From an uncultured Spirochaetota bacterium (GTDB lineage Bacteria > Spirochaetota > UBA4802 > UBA5550), in NCBI GenBank assembly GCA_963827275.1, contig CAWHAA010000005.1, positions 512,001 to 576,000 of the forward strand: 64,000 nucleotides of DNA, in the 5' to 3' direction. Position 1 is the first letter of the stretch; each line of letters starts with the position of its first letter. The translations under genes were made by a program, and so were the position numbers. This document shows, piece after piece, positions 60,797-64,000 of the stretch. Under the pieces are notes generated by a model. The model was given only the letters and a program-made list of their open reading frames with translations. It was not told the DNA's origin and made no database searches.

Positions 60797-62344
60797 TCAA
60801 TTATTCCCGCCCAGCATCCTGTTCAATTCTTCCGCAGTTTGTACCAGCCCGTTCGCGGAGCCTGACAGCTCCTCCGACCCCGAGGCCAGGTGCTGGGTTG
60901 ACTCATTGATTATCGACAGCGACCTTGTAATTTCGTTGATGGCGATCTTCAGCTCCTCCATGGACATCTTCAGCTCGTTTGACCCGTTGAGGACATGCTC
61001 GGCATTTTGCTGCACACCCCTGTTCAATTCCAGGTCCTTCATTGACAGGGCGTGTACCTCGCCGATAAGGGCGCCGAACCGCTCCACGATATCCGCGATG
61101 CCCTTTGATGTATTCACCACGTTGACAAGCGCATCGCTCGTCACCTTGAGCTCGCCGTTTGTTTCCCCCACGAGCTTCGTGATCTCCTTTGCATTGACCT
61201 GCGTCTTCTCCGCAAGCTTGCCGATCTCCTCGGCAACCACGGCAAACCCCTTGCCATACTCCCCGGCCCGCGCGGCCTCGATCGAGGCGTTGAGGGAAAG
61301 AAGGTTGATCTGGTCGGAAATATCATTAATAAGGCTCGTGGCCTCGAACACCTTCCCGCTTGATGCAAGGGCATTCCCCATCGAATTCCTGCATTTCTCC
61401 ACTTCGTTTTCAGAATCACCGATGCGGACATTGAGCTCGTCCTTGATGCGCATCGCCACGTCCACCTTCCCGGCGCTTTCACTCACCAGGCCGAACATGA
61501 CCTTGAGGTTATCAATGAATTCGCCGGTCCTCTGCTGCTGCTGCTGCGCCATGGCGGATGAAGACTCGGCGCTTGCGGCAATCTCCTCAACGGATGAGGT
61601 GATCTCCTCGATGCTCGAGGCCTGCGACTGTGCGTCGTCGGTAAACGTCGCCGCGCCACCGAAGATGTCCCCTGACACGAACTTCAGCTGGGACGAGACG
61701 CTCGCGCAGGTCGTGACCATGCCGTTTATCCTGTCGAGCTGCTCCCTGATCGCGGTGTTTTTCTTCTCCATTTCATTGATGTTCGCCCTGACGATCGTCA
61801 GAAAAAGAAAGCAGTTGGCGGAGATGAAAAGGGCGACAATGGAAAAATTAATGATTGTCGATCCGTACTTGTCCCCGGGAATGAGGTCACCGGACGTCAG
61901 GACGACTGATGCGCCCGCCGCTATAACGAGGGCGGTGCCGACAAGCAGGGATATCTTGTCGCCGAACAGCGTTATCATGACAATAAACATGACGATATAC
62001 AGGAGATAGATGAATTTCCCCGTGCCCGTCGGCACCCGGAAGGCCTGGAGCACGACAAGCGCGAAAGCGACCCCCACGCCGAAATTCGACGCCAGTTTAT
62101 AGAGCCCCTTTTTCAGTATGAGCAGGGCGAGGAAGAGGGAGACCGCTATAGCTCCCATTGTCAGATTGTACACGAGACCGGCGGCATGGGGCGTCACTAT
62201 ATTCGTTATGGTGGCGGCGATAACGATGAGACAGAGGGCCGAAATTTCAAACCACATGAAAACTTTCGCTTTCTGCTGTGCCAAAAATGAGCTGGCCGAA
62301 TACGCATCAAGAAAATAACTGTTAAACCTACTCCATCTACCCAT
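60797..62344 (-). CDS. Methyl-accepting chemotaxis protein
   Basis: ISDQINLLSLNASIEAARAGEYGKGFAVVAEEI; multi-TM N-terminus. Confidence 0.95.
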   Translation of the reverse strand: MGRWSRFNSYFLDAYSASSFLAQQKAKVFMWFEISALCLIVIAATITNIVTPHAAGLVYNLTMGAIAVSLFLALLILKKGLYKLASNFGVGVAFALVVLQAFRVPTGTGKFIYLLYIVMFIVMITLFGDKISLLVGTALVIAAGASVVLTSGDLIPGDKYGSTIINFSIVALFISANCFLFLTIVRANINEMEKKNTAIREQLDRINGMVTTCASVSSQLKFVSGDIFGGAATFTDDAQSQASSIEEITSSVEEIAASAESSSAMAQQQQQRTGEFIDNLKVMFGLVSESAGKVDVAMRIKDELNVRIGDSENEVEKCRNSMGNALASSGKVFEATSLINDISDQINLLSLNASIEAARAGEYGKGFAVVAEEIGKLAEKTQVNAKEITKLVGETNGELKVTSDALVNVVNTSKGIADIVERFGALIGEVHALSMKDLELNRGVQQNAEHVLNGSNELKMSMEELKIAINEITRSLSIINESTQHLASGSEELSGSANGLVQTAEELNRMLGGNN

Positions 62345-62692
62345 TGCAATACCTGCCTGTAATAATAATCTACCGGCCAGAAAATCTGTATTACCAGAAT
62401 GAAAGAGCAAACAAGAGAGTATCGCCCGCTCGGGAACCGTTCAGCATATGCATGCAGGCTGTTGAACAGGCGCAGAAATCGGGGCAGGCGCCTGACACAT
62501 ACCATGTGCGTTCCCTTGCTGCTTATAAGATAATCACAGTTATACGGGAATCAAGAAAATTTTATTGCATCGCGCAATATTTCCATCATACCGGCAGATC
62601 ATGCATGGCAATTTTTCGCTGGACTTTTCATTCCGGGCCGTTCTATAACGATTACATGGCCCCTGGCCGAAATGAGCAGTGGAGCGACCGCA

Positions 62693-63169
62693 ATGGAAAA
62701 AATGGCATTTCAAGACTATTACCCTGACATCTTCAGCCACTGCTACGGCTGCGGACGCCTGAATGAACATGGGCTGAAAATAAAGAGCTACCCGGACAAC
62801 GATGAAAGCGTCTGCACCGTGCAGCCGGCGCCCTACCATGAGGGGATGAAGGGCTTTGTCTATGGAGGTTTCATTGCGTCCGTCATAGATTGCCACAGCA
62901 CGGCAACCGCCGCTGCCGCCGCGTTTCGGCGCGAAGGGCGCGGCATGGACACGGCGCCTCCCATCCGGTTCGTGACCGCGTCACTCCACGTGGACTACCT
63001 GAAGCCGACGCCCATCGAGGGGCCTGCCGAGCTTCGCTCCCGCGTGAAGGAGATGCACGGGCGCAAGGCGGTGATCGAGACCGACCTCTCCGTCAACGGC
63101 GTGCTGTGCGCAAAGGGGACCGTCGTGGCGGTAAAGGTCCCCGCATCGATGATGCCGGGGGACGAGTAG
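62693..63169 (+). CDS. PaaI/hotdog-fold thioesterase
   Basis: CYGCG.LN..GL, VYGG.IAS.IDCH, VTASL.VDYLKPTP. Confidence 0.9.
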   Translation: MEKMAFQDYYPDIFSHCYGCGRLNEHGLKIKSYPDNDESVCTVQPAPYHEGMKGFVYGGFIASVIDCHSTATAAAAAFRREGRGMDTAPPIRFVTASLHVDYLKPTPIEGPAELRSRVKEMHGRKAVIETDLSVNGVLCAKGTVVAVKVPASMMPGDE

Positions 63170-63176
63170 CGCAATT

Positions 63177-63539
63177 TCACAGCTCGGTATATTTTTTACT
63201 GCTATTGAAGCTCTTTTCGACCGGGTATTTCTTGTCGTTCACCAGGAGCTTGTCCCGGACCGCACCGGACAGGTCGATGCCGGCGGCCTCTGACAGATAG
63301 AGCAGAAACACGAACACGTCAGCGCACTCTTCCTCTATCCGTTTCCGGTCCTTTTGCGAGGAGAGCATCGCGTCGATCTCGCCGGGCGTCTTCCAGAGAA
63401 AAAGCTCCTGCAGCTCGGCCGCTTCCACCGAAAGGCCCATCGACAGGTTCTTGATGTCATGGAACTGCTTCCAGTTGCGCCGGTCCCTGAATTCGATGAC
63501 GGCATGCATCAGCTGCTCGATGGTTGTGGTGGTATCCAT
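63177..63539 (-). CDS. MazG-like nucleotide pyrophosphohydrolase (dCTPase type)
   Basis: FRDRRNWKQFH..KNL, EAAEL.E.F.W, EECADV, KYP. Confidence 0.92.
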   Translation of the reverse strand: MDTTTTIEQLMHAVIEFRDRRNWKQFHDIKNLSMGLSVEAAELQELFLWKTPGEIDAMLSSQKDRKRIEEECADVFVFLLYLSEAAGIDLSGAVRDKLLVNDKKYPVEKSFNSSKKYTEL

Positions 63540-63796
63540 ATGCAGTCCCTGCCCTATCATAAAGAATGCCGATTGTATAGAATACTTTACGTCCAATCGT
63601 CAAGACATTAATGCATCTGATGTTATCGATCCATCTCACCCCTGCGGAGGACGGGATGCGCGATAGCGGCTATCGCTATGCTCGCAATAACAAAAAATAT
63701 ACGCCGTGTCTATTGCAACATCCACCCAGAAGGCTTGACATAAATCGATCAATAATGCCATTGTAATCAACAGGCAGATAGCCCCCGGAGGCCCCC

Positions 63797-64000
63797 ATGC
63801 ACAGCACCCCAAAGCGACTCCTGGATGAATTAAAGAAAAAATCAATGACGCCGGAGGAAGCGGCGAAAGCCGTGAAGTCGGGCGACCGGATATTTTACGG
63901 TGAATTCGCCCTTTTCCCGGAAGCGGTTGACAAGGCGCTCGGCGACCGTATCCATGAGCTTGAACGCGTTGACATCCGGAGTGTCAGCTTCACCCGCCTG
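63797..64000 (+). CDS. Acetyl-CoA hydrolase/CoA-transferase family protein, partial
   Basis: MHSTPKRLLDELKKKSMTPEEAAKAVKSGDRIFYG...; GGAGG RBS; open to window end. Confidence 0.75.
   Translation, partial: MHSTPKRLLDELKKKSMTPEEAAKAVKSGDRIFYGEFALFPEAVDKALGDRIHELERVDIRSVSFTRL

Noticed and set aside
61532..61546. CAG run encoding QQQQQ in the MCP as a contingency repeat
   Set aside because: Only five in-frame codons in a coiled coil; unremarkable

Overview
GC-rich bacterial chromosomal segment with about 55 genes. Lipoprotein signal peptides, FecR-domain proteins and a TM-AraC regulator suggest a diderm, possibly Spirochaetota (inference only). No transposase, integrase, phage gene, rRNA, tRNA or CRISPR is visible. 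Main blocks: OmpA/PD40 protein, nitroreductase, divergent TolC and RND permease; a fatty-acid/redox block; pcnB; a ~20 kb phosphate locus (two PiT transporters, PHP-GT4 fusion plus GH13, PhoH2, arsC, pstCA, DUF47, pstB-phoU-phoB-phoR, pstS, putative porin); a TPP-riboswitch thiMECL operon; alkyl sulfatase; ECF sigma/anti-sigma module; tandem unknown paralogs; a large repeat lipoprotein; MFS, GNAT-like protein and MCP. Most notable observations: (1) 11-bp-phased TT(A/T/C)A(C/T)A arrays (Pho-box-like) at seven promoters, including a PHP-phosphoesterase/GT4 fusion that may be a one-polypeptide phospholipid-to-glycolipid remodelling enzyme; (2) a dispersed bipartite 42-43 bp repeat family (GGGGTCAGAGYAA plus palindromic ACCGATAGTTATCGGT) in arrays and solo copies; (3) two 280-aa paralogs whose C-termini resemble the PHPT1/Janus-Ocnus phosphohistidine phosphatase; (4) a promoter-preceded structured ncRNA candidate. 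Six genes carry single-base frameshifts that look like sequencing errors.
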